From positions 1,110,001-1,142,000 of the forward strand of contig NC_000917.1 in assembly GCF_000008665.1 (NCBI RefSeq): a stretch of DNA of 32,000 bases, read 5' to 3'. Below are positions 9,400 through 19,377 of the stretch, one piece after another (the first letter of the stretch is position 1; the number at the start of each line of letters is the position of its first letter). The stretch comes from Archaeoglobus fulgidus DSM 4304. GTDB lineage: Archaea; Halobacteriota; Archaeoglobi; Archaeoglobales; Archaeoglobaceae. Below the pieces are notes generated by a model that was not told where the DNA came from, searched no databases, and saw nothing but the letters and a program-made list of their open reading frames with translations. The translations under genes were made by a program, and so were the position numbers.

Positions 9400-10323
9400 T
9401 CAGTAAACCTCGCTCTCCTTCCCGAGCAGCTTAAGCAGTATTGCCTTCTGGGCGTGCAATCTGTTTTCAGCCTGATCAAACACGATGGAGTGCTTACCTT
9501 CCATCACCTCATCCGTAATCTCCTCCCCTCTGTGTGCTGGTAAGCAGTGCATAACGACGACATCATCCTTTGAGAACTTGAGCAGCTCATCTGAAACCTG
9601 ATACGGCTGAAACGCCTTTAGCCTAGCCTCCTTCTCGGCCTCCTGACCCATCGACGTCCAGACGTCGGTGTAAATCACATCCGCCTCCTTAACAGCCTCC
9701 TTCGGGTCTCTCACGAACCGCAGCTTTGCACCCATTTCCTCGGCTTTCTTAACAATCTCGGGATTTGGGTCGTAGTTTTCAGGTGTTGAGATGACCATCT
9801 TCATTCCGGTTAGCGCAGCGGCGAGAATCATGGAGTTGCAGACGTTGTTTCCATCCCCAACCCATGCGAGAGTGACGTCCTTGAAGTCCCCTCTGTACTC
9901 GTAAATCGTCAGCAAATCCGCAATAACCTGGCACGGATGCTCAAGGTTGCTCAGACCGTTGATAACTGGAACTGTTGAGTATCTGGCAAACTCCTCGATG
10001 GTGCTGTGCTCCCTAACCCTCATCATTACCGCATGAACGTATCTGCTGAGAACTCTCGCTGTGTCCTTTATCGGCTCCCCTCTGCCGAGCTGAAGTTCGT
10101 CCCACCCGAGGTAGAGCGCGTGGCCGCCCAAGTCGGTCATAGCAACCTCAAAAGATACTCTTGTTCTCGTTGAAGGAAGTTCGAAGATCATTGCGAGGCT
10201 TTTGTTTTTCAGGTAATCGGTAACAACGCCCTTGTACCTTTCCTCCTTTAGCTTCTCGGCAAGCTTGAGTATCTCGAAAAGCTCATCCTTTTCGAGGTCA
10301 GCCATCGAAAGAAGATGCTTCAT
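9400..10323 (-). CDS. argF: Ornithine carbamoyltransferase
   Basis: IFELPSTRTRVSFEVAMTDLGGHALYL, HPCQVIADLLTI, DVVMHCLPAHRGEEI. Confidence 0.95.
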   Translation of the reverse strand: MKHLLSMADLEKDELFEILKLAEKLKEERYKGVVTDYLKNKSLAMIFELPSTRTRVSFEVAMTDLGGHALYLGWDELQLGRGEPIKDTARVLSRYVHAVMMRVREHSTIEEFARYSTVPVINGLSNLEHPCQVIADLLTIYEYRGDFKDVTLAWVGDGNNVCNSMILAAALTGMKMVISTPENYDPNPEIVKKAEEMGAKLRFVRDPKEAVKEADVIYTDVWTSMGQEAEKEARLKAFQPYQVSDELLKFSKDDVVVMHCLPAHRGEEITDEVMEGKHSIVFDQAENRLHAQKAILLKLLGKESEVY

Positions 10324-10350
10324 ACCGGTTAAAAATTTCCGGTTAATTAA

Positions 10351-10716
10351 TTAAACTTTCTGTTTTTGGAGGTAGTGCTCTATCCTGTCCAAGAGGTACT
10401 TTCTAGTGAATGGTTTCTCGATGATTTCCCTTGCTCCGGCGTCGAGAATTTCCTGCCCTCTGTGGGCCGCAAAGGCGGTCACACAGAGTATTACGGCCTT
10501 TGGATCCTTTTGCAAAATAGCCTTTGTCGCTTCCACACCGTCTACTTCCGGCATGGAGATGTCCATTAAAACTATGTCCGGCCTGAATTTTTCGTAGAGG
10601 GCAATTGCCTCTCTGCCGTTCAGGGCCACTATAACCTCATAATAGTCCTCAAGCATTAACTTAAGGGCCTCAAGAACTGCGAGGTCGTCCTCAACAATCA
10701 TTACTCTTGGCTTCAT
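10351..10716 (-). CDS. Stand-alone response-regulator receiver domain protein (CheY-like)
   Basis: VMIVEDDLAVLEALKLML...PDIVLMDISMPEVDGVEATKAI...CVTAFA...IIEKPF. The ATG at 10716 has a GGGGG-type RBS; the longer frame starts at 10737. Confidence 0.9.
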   Translation of the reverse strand: MKPRVMIVEDDLAVLEALKLMLEDYYEVIVALNGREAIALYEKFRPDIVLMDISMPEVDGVEATKAILQKDPKAVILCVTAFAAHRGQEILDAGAREIIEKPFTRKYLLDRIEHYLQKQKV

Positions 10717-10754
10717 GCTACCCCCTTTTCCCTTCATTTTGAATAATATAAATG

Positions 10755-12028
<1,274 letters not shown>

Positions 12029-12032
12029 GTCC

Positions 12033-12812
12033 TCACCCCATGTTTCTGAAGGTTATTTCAACCAGCGGATGCGGAACGTCCTCGATTATCTCGATGTCCC
12101 TCACGGATTTTAGCCCTTTCTTTCTTACGAGCTTCTCAATTCCAAGTTCGATGTCTTCCGGCACCTCGATGATGTATGCGTCAAGTTCCTTGACTCCCAG
12201 CTTCGCTGCTGCAACGACTCTGTGGTGCCCATCAACCAGGTAGTAGCGTGAGTCCTTTTTTATCACAACTATCGGCTCCGCGAGCCCCCTTTTCAGCTCG
12301 TGAATCCTCCCCTTCAGCTCATCTGCATAAATTCTCGACTGTGTCGGGATCAGCCTGGCGGTTTCAACCTTTCCTCTTCTCACCACAGTCCTGACTCCGT
12401 GAACTTTCTCAATTGTGTTCTTCAGCTTCTCCACCTTGTCCGGATCAACCTTCTCAATCTGGCTTCTTATAACGTCGGCGTTGGAGATTATACCAACAAG
12501 CCTGTTATCCTCATCGACAACAGGAAGCTTTGAATGTCCGGTTCTGAACATGACTCTTGCAGCGTCTCTCAAATCCATGAAGTCTCTCGCCACATAAAGC
12601 TCTCTCGACATGATATCCCTGATCTTCGTTTCCGGAGATTTGTCGAGAAGGTCAACTGCTGAAATGTAGCCCACAACTCTCATGTTGTCGTCCACAACGG
12701 GAAAGCTGTCGTGTCCCGTTTTGCGCACAAGCTCGATTGCATCCTTGACGGTGTTATCCGGCTTCAGCGTGTAAACGTTCTTCGTCATGTAGTCCTTAAC
12801 CTTAATGCTCAT
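12033..12812 (-). CDS. Tandem CBS domains fused to a ParB/sulfiredoxin-like domain (possible SerK-like kinase or nucleotide-regulated protein)
   Basis: Two CBS repeats (VKDYMTKNVYTLKPDNTVKDAIELVRKTGHDSFPVVD; IRDIMSRELYVARDFMDLRDAARVMFRTGHSKLPVVD) followed by EPIVVIKKDSRYYLVDGHHRVVAAAKLGVKELDAYII. Confidence 0.85.
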   Translation of the reverse strand: MSIKVKDYMTKNVYTLKPDNTVKDAIELVRKTGHDSFPVVDDNMRVVGYISAVDLLDKSPETKIRDIMSRELYVARDFMDLRDAARVMFRTGHSKLPVVDEDNRLVGIISNADVIRSQIEKVDPDKVEKLKNTIEKVHGVRTVVRRGKVETARLIPTQSRIYADELKGRIHELKRGLAEPIVVIKKDSRYYLVDGHHRVVAAAKLGVKELDAYIIEVPEDIELGIEKLVRKKGLKSVRDIEIIEDVPHPLVEITFRNMG

Positions 12813-12848
12813 TACAGAAGAAAAATGACGGCAAGCTAAAAACTTTTG

Positions 12849-13664
12849 CTAAAGCTTTTCCAGATAATCAACAACGCTCCTGAAAATGCAGTAGCCGTCC
12901 CCGTAACCTTCTCTCCTCCCAACCTGGTAGCCGAAGAATGCCCTTTCAGGGTGGGGCATTAAGCCGAAGACCGTATGTGTTGCGTTGCAAATGCCCGCGA
13001 TGTTGTAGAAGCTTCCGTTGGGATTCCAGGGGTATCCTGCATAATCTCCCTTTTCATCAACGTATCTGAAAACAATCTGGTCGTTGGAGGTGAGCCTTTC
13101 CAGATACTCATCCTCCTTTCCCGAGGGAAAAACCACCTTCCCCTCTGCATGCGCCACAGGGAACATCACCACGTCTTTCTTTAGATTTTTCACGAAGATG
13201 CACTTCTCGCTCTCCTTTTTCAGCAGAGTCGGCCTGCACTCGAACCTGCTTGAGTCGTTCATCGCCAATGCCATCTCAGGTTTTTCGGCAAGCGGCTTAT
13301 CTTCATCAAAGCCCGGAAGAGCACCAAGCTCGACGAGAACCTGAAAGCCGTTGCAGATACCGAGGATTGGATAGCCCATTTTTATGAACTCCTCAATGTC
13401 CTTTCTCAGAACGCTCTTTACCCTCGCCGAGAAGATTGCCCCGGCTCTGATGTAATCCCCTGCCGAAAACCCGCCGGGAAAGACCAAGCACTGGTAGTCG
13501 AATACGCTTCTTTGCTCCTCGAACCTTATCATGTCGCTGTAAAACTGCTTGATGTGAACGGCCTCTGCCTCAACCCCGAGACTTCTGAAGGCTTTAACCG
13601 TCTCATCCTCGCAGTTTGTACCCTCCATCCTCAGAACTGCAACCTTGATTTCCTCCCTGTCCAT
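12849..13664 (-). CDS. purQ: Phosphoribosylformylglycinamidine synthase, glutaminase subunit
   Basis: VAVLRMEGTNCEDETVKAFRSLGVEAE, GGFSAGDYIRAGAIFSARV, ILGICNGFQVLVELGALPG, GLMPHPERAFFGYQ. Confidence 0.93.
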   Translation of the reverse strand: MDREEIKVAVLRMEGTNCEDETVKAFRSLGVEAEAVHIKQFYSDMIRFEEQRSVFDYQCLVFPGGFSAGDYIRAGAIFSARVKSVLRKDIEEFIKMGYPILGICNGFQVLVELGALPGFDEDKPLAEKPEMALAMNDSSRFECRPTLLKKESEKCIFVKNLKKDVVMFPVAHAEGKVVFPSGKEDEYLERLTSNDQIVFRYVDEKGDYAGYPWNPNGSFYNIAGICNATHTVFGLMPHPERAFFGYQVGRREGYGDGYCIFRSVVDYLEKL

Positions 13665-13871
13665 CGGTAAGCAATCAACCGCAATCTTTTAAGCTTTTTC
13701 CGTGTCGGCAGCGTTGATGTTCTGCACTCTTTAGTGCTAGTAACGGCATCAATTTGAAAAGAATTCTTTTAGCTGGTGGGGCTGGTCTGATTCCTTTCTC
13801 TAAGATCGTCCTGTCTAGGGAAAAGTAAAAAAAGAAAAACCTAAACTTTCAAAGCTGGCAGATCTTTAATT

Positions 13872-14573
13872 TTACTCCATTTTTTCTATAAGGTATCTGC
13901 GATACTGCTCCCTGAGCCTCTTCTTGTCGAACTTTCCAACGCTCGTCTTTGGGATTTCGTTAACGAAGATTATGTCGTCTGGAAGCTGCCACTTCGCAAA
14001 TCTTTTCGCCAGAAACTCTCTCAGCTCATCCTTGGTAACTTCGCTGCCGGGCTTGGGAACGACAATCGCTATCGGCCTCTCCTGCCACTTCGGATGCTCA
14101 GCAGCGACAACACATGCTTCCAAAACTGCTGGATGTCCCATCAGATAGTTCTCCAAATCAACGCTGCTTATCCACTCTCCCCCGCTCTTTATCACATCCT
14201 TAACCCTGTCAACCACCTTTACATAACCTTCAGGGGTTATTACTGCCACATCTCCGCTCTTCCACCATCCGTCAACGAAGCTGTTCATCGTTCTCTCGTC
14301 ATTGTGGTACTCCTTCGCAACCCACAAACCCCTGATCCAAAGCTCTCCAACGGACTTTCCATCCCACGGCAGCTCATTAATCCAAAGCTCCTCAAGAGCA
14401 TTTGCTATAGCACAAATTCGCTCGTAGGCTTTGGCGTAGTTGTATCTGAACATCCCTGCAAAGGTTCTGGACGCAATCTCCCTTTTGGGGTGGATTCTGG
14501 CAGCATGCTGTATTATCCTTGTTACATTTAGCTGGTAGTCATCATTCATGGTGGAAGGTATTCCTTTCAGCAT
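13872..14573 (-). pseudogene. Internally deleted AMP-binding acyl-CoA synthetase (N-terminal ~60 aa fused to C-terminal ~170 aa)
   Basis: The N-terminus DDYQLNVTRIIQHAARIHPKREIASRTFAGMFRYNYAKAYERICAIANALEEL jumps to the late-domain sequence INELPWDGKSVGELWIRGLWVAKEYHNDERTMNSFVDGWWKSGDVAVITPEGYVKVVDRVKDVIKSGGEWISSVDLE. The P-loop (TSGTTG-like) and core of the adenylation domain are missing. Confidence 0.8.
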
Positions 14574-14706
14574 AGTTTTTCACCAATCAATCAAGTTTAA
14601 TCGACATAATAATTTTTCGAATTAATTTACTTAAGAATCCTGAAAGTTTATTTTCAGTTATAATCTGCTGAAAAACAAAAAAGTTGGAAAATGAACTTAC
14701 GATGTA

Positions 14707-16605
14707 TTAAACCTTCAAAGCCAGCTCAGCTCCCTCCCTTGTAGCATCGAGAGCCTTTCTGGGCTTAACGCAGTCTCCAATCTTGTAGAGCTCGCTAACC
14801 TTGCCCTGAAGCTCGTCATACAGCCCATTGTTCGGCTTTGTACCGACAGCTATAACAGCAGTGTCACACTGCAACTCTTTCCTCTCACCATTCTGCTCCA
14901 CAACCACTGCATTGGGCTTGATTTCAACAGCCTTCGTGTTGGTGAGCATCTCCACTCCCTTCTCTTTCAGGTACATCAATACGGTCCATCTTGTCGAGAT
15001 GCCTATATCCTGGCCAATCTTCGGCAACATCTCCACAATTGTAACCTTCTTCCCCTCATTTGCAAGCTCTGCTGCAACATCGCATCCAACTCCTCCTCCG
15101 CCTATAACCACCACACTGTTTCCAACCTCTGCCCTTCCTGCGAGGACATCGAAGGCTGTTACAGCATTCTCAACTCCCGGAATTGGTGGGATCAAAGGAG
15201 AAGCTCCAACGGCTATTACCGCAACATCAGGGTTCTCTGCTAAAACTTTGCCCGCATCAGCCTCCGTGTTGTATCTCACCTCTACCCCAAGCTTTGGCAG
15301 GACGTTCATGAAGTACTTGCCCACTTCTGCAAATTCATAGCCCAAAGGTGACTTCGCAGCCAAGTTGAGCTGCCCTCCCAATTTGTCAGTTTTCTCGAAT
15401 AAAACTACCTTATGCCCCTTTCTTGCAAGCATCTCTGCAGCCATGCATCCTCCCGGTCCACCTCCGACAATAACAACCTTCTTTGGTTTTTCTGCTTTCA
15501 GATTTTCAAACTCAGCCTCCCTTCCAACTATGGGGTTAACGAGGCATGTAACTGGCTGAGCCTGCATAACCATGTCCATGCAGCCCTGGTTGCAGGCCAC
15601 GCAATACCTTATCTCATCAAACCTTCCCTCCTTGGCCTTCTTCGGCAGTTCAGGGTCGGCAATCAAAGCTCTCAGCATTGCAACCATATCTGCCTTGCCC
15701 TCCTGCAGTATCTTTTCAGCCACAATCGGATCATTGATGCGGTGAGATGCGATAACGGAAACGCTTACAGCGCTCTTTATCTCTGCTGCAAGGTAAGCAA
15801 AACCTCCTCTGGGAACGAGCATTGTTGTCAAAGGCTTTCTGGACTCGTGCCAGCCCGCCATTACGTTGATTGCTACAACTCCTGCATCCTCCAATATTTT
15901 GGCAATCTGCTTCATTTCTCTGACTGTGTTCCCTCCCTCGATGAACTCGTCTCCGGGGATTCGTATCATTACTGGATAGCTCTCTCCGCACTTTTCCTTG
16001 ATTTTTTGAATTATCTCAACCGCAAACCTCGTGCGGTTTTCCAAGCTGCCCCCATACTCGTCCGTTCTTTTGTTCGTTGCGGGGCTGAAGAACTGGGAAA
16101 TGAGGTAGCCTGCTGAACCAATAAGCTCGACAGCATCGAAGCCAGCTTTCTTCGCCCTCACAGCTGCATCAGCAAACTCCTCCTCGATTTGAAGGATTTC
16201 TTCTTTGGTGAGCTCTTTGGGAGTGCGCTTGGTGAAGATTGGTGGTGGTATGGGGGATGGGGCGACTGGTTGGCGGTTGGGGTCGAAGGAGATTTCGTAT
16301 CTGCCTGGGTGCCATAGCTGTAAAGCGCATTTCACGTCGTACTTGTGGAAGACGTCGGCTATCTTCTTGAGGTCTGGAATAAATTCGTCGGAGTGTGCTG
16401 CTATTCCACCAAAGAAGTGGGGTTCGATTTTGGCAATCCCTACAACCGCAAAACCTATCCCTCCCTTCGCCCTCTCTTCGTAGAACCTGAGCAGCTTATC
16501 TGTAACCCTTCCATCTGGCGTTGTGTAGTTCAGTCCCACTGCTGGGAGAACTATTCTGTTCTTTACCTTCATTCCTCCAAACTCGATTGGCTCAAATAAT
16601 TTCAT
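14707..16605 (-). CDS. Old-yellow-enzyme / 2,4-dienoyl-CoA reductase / NADH oxidase family FMN-FeS-FAD oxidoreductase
   Basis: MKLFEPIEFGGMKVKNRIVLPAVGLNY; FeS region CVACNQGCMDMVMQAQPVTCLVNP; KVVIVGGGPGGCMAAEMLARKGHKVVLFE; VVVIGGGGVGCDVAAELANEGKKVTIVE. Confidence 0.93.
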   Translation of the reverse strand: MKLFEPIEFGGMKVKNRIVLPAVGLNYTTPDGRVTDKLLRFYEERAKGGIGFAVVGIAKIEPHFFGGIAAHSDEFIPDLKKIADVFHKYDVKCALQLWHPGRYEISFDPNRQPVAPSPIPPPIFTKRTPKELTKEEILQIEEEFADAAVRAKKAGFDAVELIGSAGYLISQFFSPATNKRTDEYGGSLENRTRFAVEIIQKIKEKCGESYPVMIRIPGDEFIEGGNTVREMKQIAKILEDAGVVAINVMAGWHESRKPLTTMLVPRGGFAYLAAEIKSAVSVSVIASHRINDPIVAEKILQEGKADMVAMLRALIADPELPKKAKEGRFDEIRYCVACNQGCMDMVMQAQPVTCLVNPIVGREAEFENLKAEKPKKVVIVGGGPGGCMAAEMLARKGHKVVLFEKTDKLGGQLNLAAKSPLGYEFAEVGKYFMNVLPKLGVEVRYNTEADAGKVLAENPDVAVIAVGASPLIPPIPGVENAVTAFDVLAGRAEVGNSVVVIGGGGVGCDVAAELANEGKKVTIVEMLPKIGQDIGISTRWTVLMYLKEKGVEMLTNTKAVEIKPNAVVVEQNGERKELQCDTAVIAVGTKPNNGLYDELQGKVSELYKIGDCVKPRKALDATREGAELALKV

Positions 16606-16614
16606 CCCATCACC

Positions 16615-17724
16615 TCAGAACAAACCTGCTGGGTCCTTCCCCCTGTCTGCCAGCAACTCCTGATAGTAGGTCAGGTGGTCGGGCCACTCCTGCAACTCCT
16701 CCCTCTCAACAAGCTCTATGGCCTCCACAGGGCATGTTGGCACGCAAACCCCGCAACCCAAACACTTTTCAGCTTCAACATTTGCCGGCTCCCTGTTTAT
16801 CTTCGCCTTCACAGCCTTCATGGGGCAGCGGAGCATGCATATACCGCAGGCAATGCACTTCGATGAATCAACGCTCGCAACGTAGCTTGAGTGGGCTATT
16901 GTTTTTGGATGTCCCGCCTCATGTATTGCCCTGAAGAAGGCACAGCAGTCGCTGCAGCAGTTGCAGATGGTGCTTATCGGGCCTTTACTTCTCTCCGTCA
17001 CATGCACAAGCCCCTCCCTGTTGGACTTCCTCAGAATCTCAACCGCCTCATCAGCCGTTATCCTCCTTGCGTAGCCGTGCTCGACCATGTACTTGCCGAG
17101 AGATCCGAAATGGAGGCAGACCTCAAGGCTGTGCCTGCAACCCTCCCCAATGAGCCTCGCCATAATTCTGCAGGGGCAGTAGCCAACAGCATGGTAATCT
17201 CTATCCCTCACCAGTTTTTCAGCATCTTCGTAGGGCAGAATGACGGACTGCTTTGAAATTGTGCTCTTCTCTGGCAAAGCCCTCAGAATAGCATGCTCTC
17301 TATCACCAAGCTCGTCCAGAAATCCCTCCTTGCGATACTTAGCCCACAGGGGGGCGAGTTTCTCCTGTCTTGCATCCCTGCCCGGCCCAGCCAAAAAGGG
17401 CATCTCAGCAAATCCCACTATGACAGGAAAAAGCCTGTAGTAGGTCTTTCCATCCTTCTCTCCCTTCCATACTGTCCCCTTTTTCGCCATCTCATTCAGA
17501 ATCTTCTCCACATATTCCAAGCTTTTCCCCGTCCTCTCGGCAAGCTGCTCTGCTGTAAACCTGATGAAGGGCATGTGAACTGCAATCTTCGCCTCCTCCT
17601 CGTCAAAGAGGACGCTCAGAATCTCCTTTTCAACTCCGCTTACAGTCTTTGGTAAACCGACTGGGGCCTTATCGAGCTTCTCCCTCAGCTTCTCGTATAT
17701 TTCAAGATGGTGTGAGTGGTGCAT
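16615..17724 (-). CDS. Multi-Cys 4Fe-4S ferredoxin-domain protein with an N-terminal winged-helix-like region
   Basis: CIACGICMLRCPMKAV and CLGCGVCVPTCPVEAI ferredoxin motifs, plus YCPCRIMARLIGEGCRHSLEVC and ICNCCSDCC. N-terminal FTAEQLAERTGKSLEYVEKILNEMAKKGTV. Confidence 0.9.
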   Translation of the reverse strand: MHHSHHLEIYEKLREKLDKAPVGLPKTVSGVEKEILSVLFDEEEAKIAVHMPFIRFTAEQLAERTGKSLEYVEKILNEMAKKGTVWKGEKDGKTYYRLFPVIVGFAEMPFLAGPGRDARQEKLAPLWAKYRKEGFLDELGDREHAILRALPEKSTISKQSVILPYEDAEKLVRDRDYHAVGYCPCRIMARLIGEGCRHSLEVCLHFGSLGKYMVEHGYARRITADEAVEILRKSNREGLVHVTERSKGPISTICNCCSDCCAFFRAIHEAGHPKTIAHSSYVASVDSSKCIACGICMLRCPMKAVKAKINREPANVEAEKCLGCGVCVPTCPVEAIELVEREELQEWPDHLTYYQELLADRGKDPAGLF

Positions 17725-17798
17725 GCTTTCACCTCATAGCCTTTTCTCCACAAATTATATAACAATATCGCAAATGCTATAGATTTATATAGTATGGG
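17725..17798. promoter_or_regulatory. Divergent promoter region between the HTH regulator and the ferredoxin/oxidoreductase genes
   Basis: A/T-rich TATA-like boxes in both orientations (ATTTATATAGT on +; TTATATAATTT on -). Inverted repeat CTATA-N6-TATAG overlaps the + strand box. The minus-strand gene has a GAGGTGAAAGCATG start region. Confidence 0.6.
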
Positions 17799-18569
17799 GT
17801 GAACTACAGTCTGATGGAGGAGCTGCTGAGAAGGCTGGAAGAGATGAGCAGGAAAATTGATGTTTTGCAGGACAGCATGATGAGCCTTGCAACGGCAGTT
17901 GAAATGCTTGCAGAGAGAGAAGGTGAGAGGGAGTTTCTTGCTGAGCTTAAAGCTGCTGTAAAGAGCGAAAAAAGCAGAATAGAGCACTTGAGCCCTGAAA
18001 GCTGCAAGCTCAGGGACTTCTGCCTCTCAAGAGTCAATAAAGCCACATCGAAGGTTATAAGGGTTTACTCTGAAAAGGGGGCTGAGGAGGCACTTGAAGA
18101 GGTGAAAAAGCACAAAGAAGCGGTAGAGAAGCATTTGGAATCTTCACTATGCCCCGACAAGAACTGCATGCAGAGCATGGTGGACACCTTCGAAACGCTT
18201 GAAAACCTCATAAAGCACTCCTTGGAAATTTCAGAGCAGAGGAGGACAATTCTGAGGCGCTGGAATAGCATTGAGGAAATAGATGAGGAGGCTGTTGCAA
18301 AGCTGCTATCCCCGCTATCCAATCCGATAAGAATCAGAATACTGAAGGCCCTCGCAAAGGGTGGGAAGAGCTACGCGGAGCTTGAAAGGGCTGTTGGAAT
18401 TAAGGGAGGGCATCTGCAGTTCCATCTGCGGAATCTGATGGAGGCTGGCTACATAACTCAGGAAACTCTGAGGAGAAGATATATAATCACCCACAGCGGT
18501 TTGAAGGTTTTAAACTGTCTGGTTGAGTTAAGGGACGCTATGGGGATCGTGGTGGCTTCCAGAAGATAA
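17799..18569 (+). CDS. ArsR-like winged-helix transcriptional regulator with a long Cys-containing N-terminal helical region
   Basis: LSNPIRIRILKALAKGGKSYAELERAVGIKGGHLQFHLRNLMEAGYITQETLRRRYIITHSG. Start is the GTG at 17799 or the ATG at 17814. Confidence 0.85.
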   Translation: MNYSLMEELLRRLEEMSRKIDVLQDSMMSLATAVEMLAEREGEREFLAELKAAVKSEKSRIEHLSPESCKLRDFCLSRVNKATSKVIRVYSEKGAEEALEEVKKHKEAVEKHLESSLCPDKNCMQSMVDTFETLENLIKHSLEISEQRRTILRRWNSIEEIDEEAVAKLLSPLSNPIRIRILKALAKGGKSYAELERAVGIKGGHLQFHLRNLMEAGYITQETLRRRYIITHSGLKVLNCLVELRDAMGIVVASRR

Positions 18570-18579
18570 AAAAAGGAAA

Positions 18580-19275
18580 TTACTTGTTGAACTCGTAGCT
18601 CTCTCCCGGCTTTAGAATCACAACTTCGACATCCAGCCCCTTCGCCTTCACAGCCTTTCTGAAGTCCTCTGGGTCCTTCTCGACCAGCGGGAAGGTGTTG
18701 TAGTGCATCGGTATCGCTACTTTGGGCTTAACAAGCTCCAAAGCCTTAACGGCTCCGGCAATACCCATGGTGTAGTAGTCTCCGATGGGCAGAAGCATCA
18801 CATCTGGCCTGTGGAGCTCTCCGATTAGCTGCATGTCCAGAAAGACATCCGTGTCGCCAGTGTGGTAAACTCTCACGCCATCCATTGAGACGATAAAGCC
18901 CGCTGGAAGGCCAGCGCTTATTATGTTCCCCTGCTCGTCTTCCAAATCTGCTGAATGCCAGGCTGGAACCATTGTAACTGCAATGCTTCCCGTTCTCGCA
19001 GTCCCACCCATGTTCATTCCCATAGTTTCGACATCATACCTCGAAAGAATTCTCGAAAGCTCGTGAATGCAGATTATGGGGGCGTTGTTTCTCTTGGCAA
19101 TCTCAACCGCATCTCCAAGATGGTCTCCGTGGCCGTGGGTTACGAGGATGTAATCCGCCTTGACTTCTTCAGGCTTTACGGGAGCGTTGGGATTTCCCGT
19201 GAGGAAGGGGTCAATCAGCACCTTCATGCTTCCCTCAAGCAAAAAGGCCGCGTGTCCCAACCATGTTATTTTCAT
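18580..19275 (-). CDS. Metal-dependent hydrolase, MBL-fold (UPF0173 family)
   Basis: MKITWLGHAAFLLEGSMKVLIDPFLTGNP, VTHGHGDHLGDAVEIA, VYHTGDTDVF. Confidence 0.93.
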   Translation of the reverse strand: MKITWLGHAAFLLEGSMKVLIDPFLTGNPNAPVKPEEVKADYILVTHGHGDHLGDAVEIAKRNNAPIICIHELSRILSRYDVETMGMNMGGTARTGSIAVTMVPAWHSADLEDEQGNIISAGLPAGFIVSMDGVRVYHTGDTDVFLDMQLIGELHRPDVMLLPIGDYYTMGIAGAVKALELVKPKVAIPMHYNTFPLVEKDPEDFRKAVKAKGLDVEVVILKPGESYEFNK

Positions 19276-19377
19276 AGGTATTAATCTTCAGAAGTAAATT
19301 TAACGTTTTTTGGAGCTTGAAAAGTAATTTCAATTTTGTGAGAAAAATTATTTTAGCTATCAACTGATTTTCGATAC

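Noticed and set aside
12033-12812. Chromosome-partitioning ParB
   Set aside because: There is a ParB/Srx-like domain, but no helix-turn-helix ParB DNA-binding region or parA neighbour, and it is fused to CBS domains.
14094-16934. Plus-strand ORFs over the acyl-CoA synthetase, oxidoreductase and ferredoxin genes (such as 15412..16116 and 14828..15340)
   Set aside because: Antisense shadows of strongly supported minus-strand genes; no recognisable domain.
17685-18322. Minus-strand ORFs 17685..17987, 17804..18046 and 18065..18322
   Set aside because: They overlap the supported plus-strand winged-helix regulator and the start of the ferredoxin gene; composition is antisense-like.
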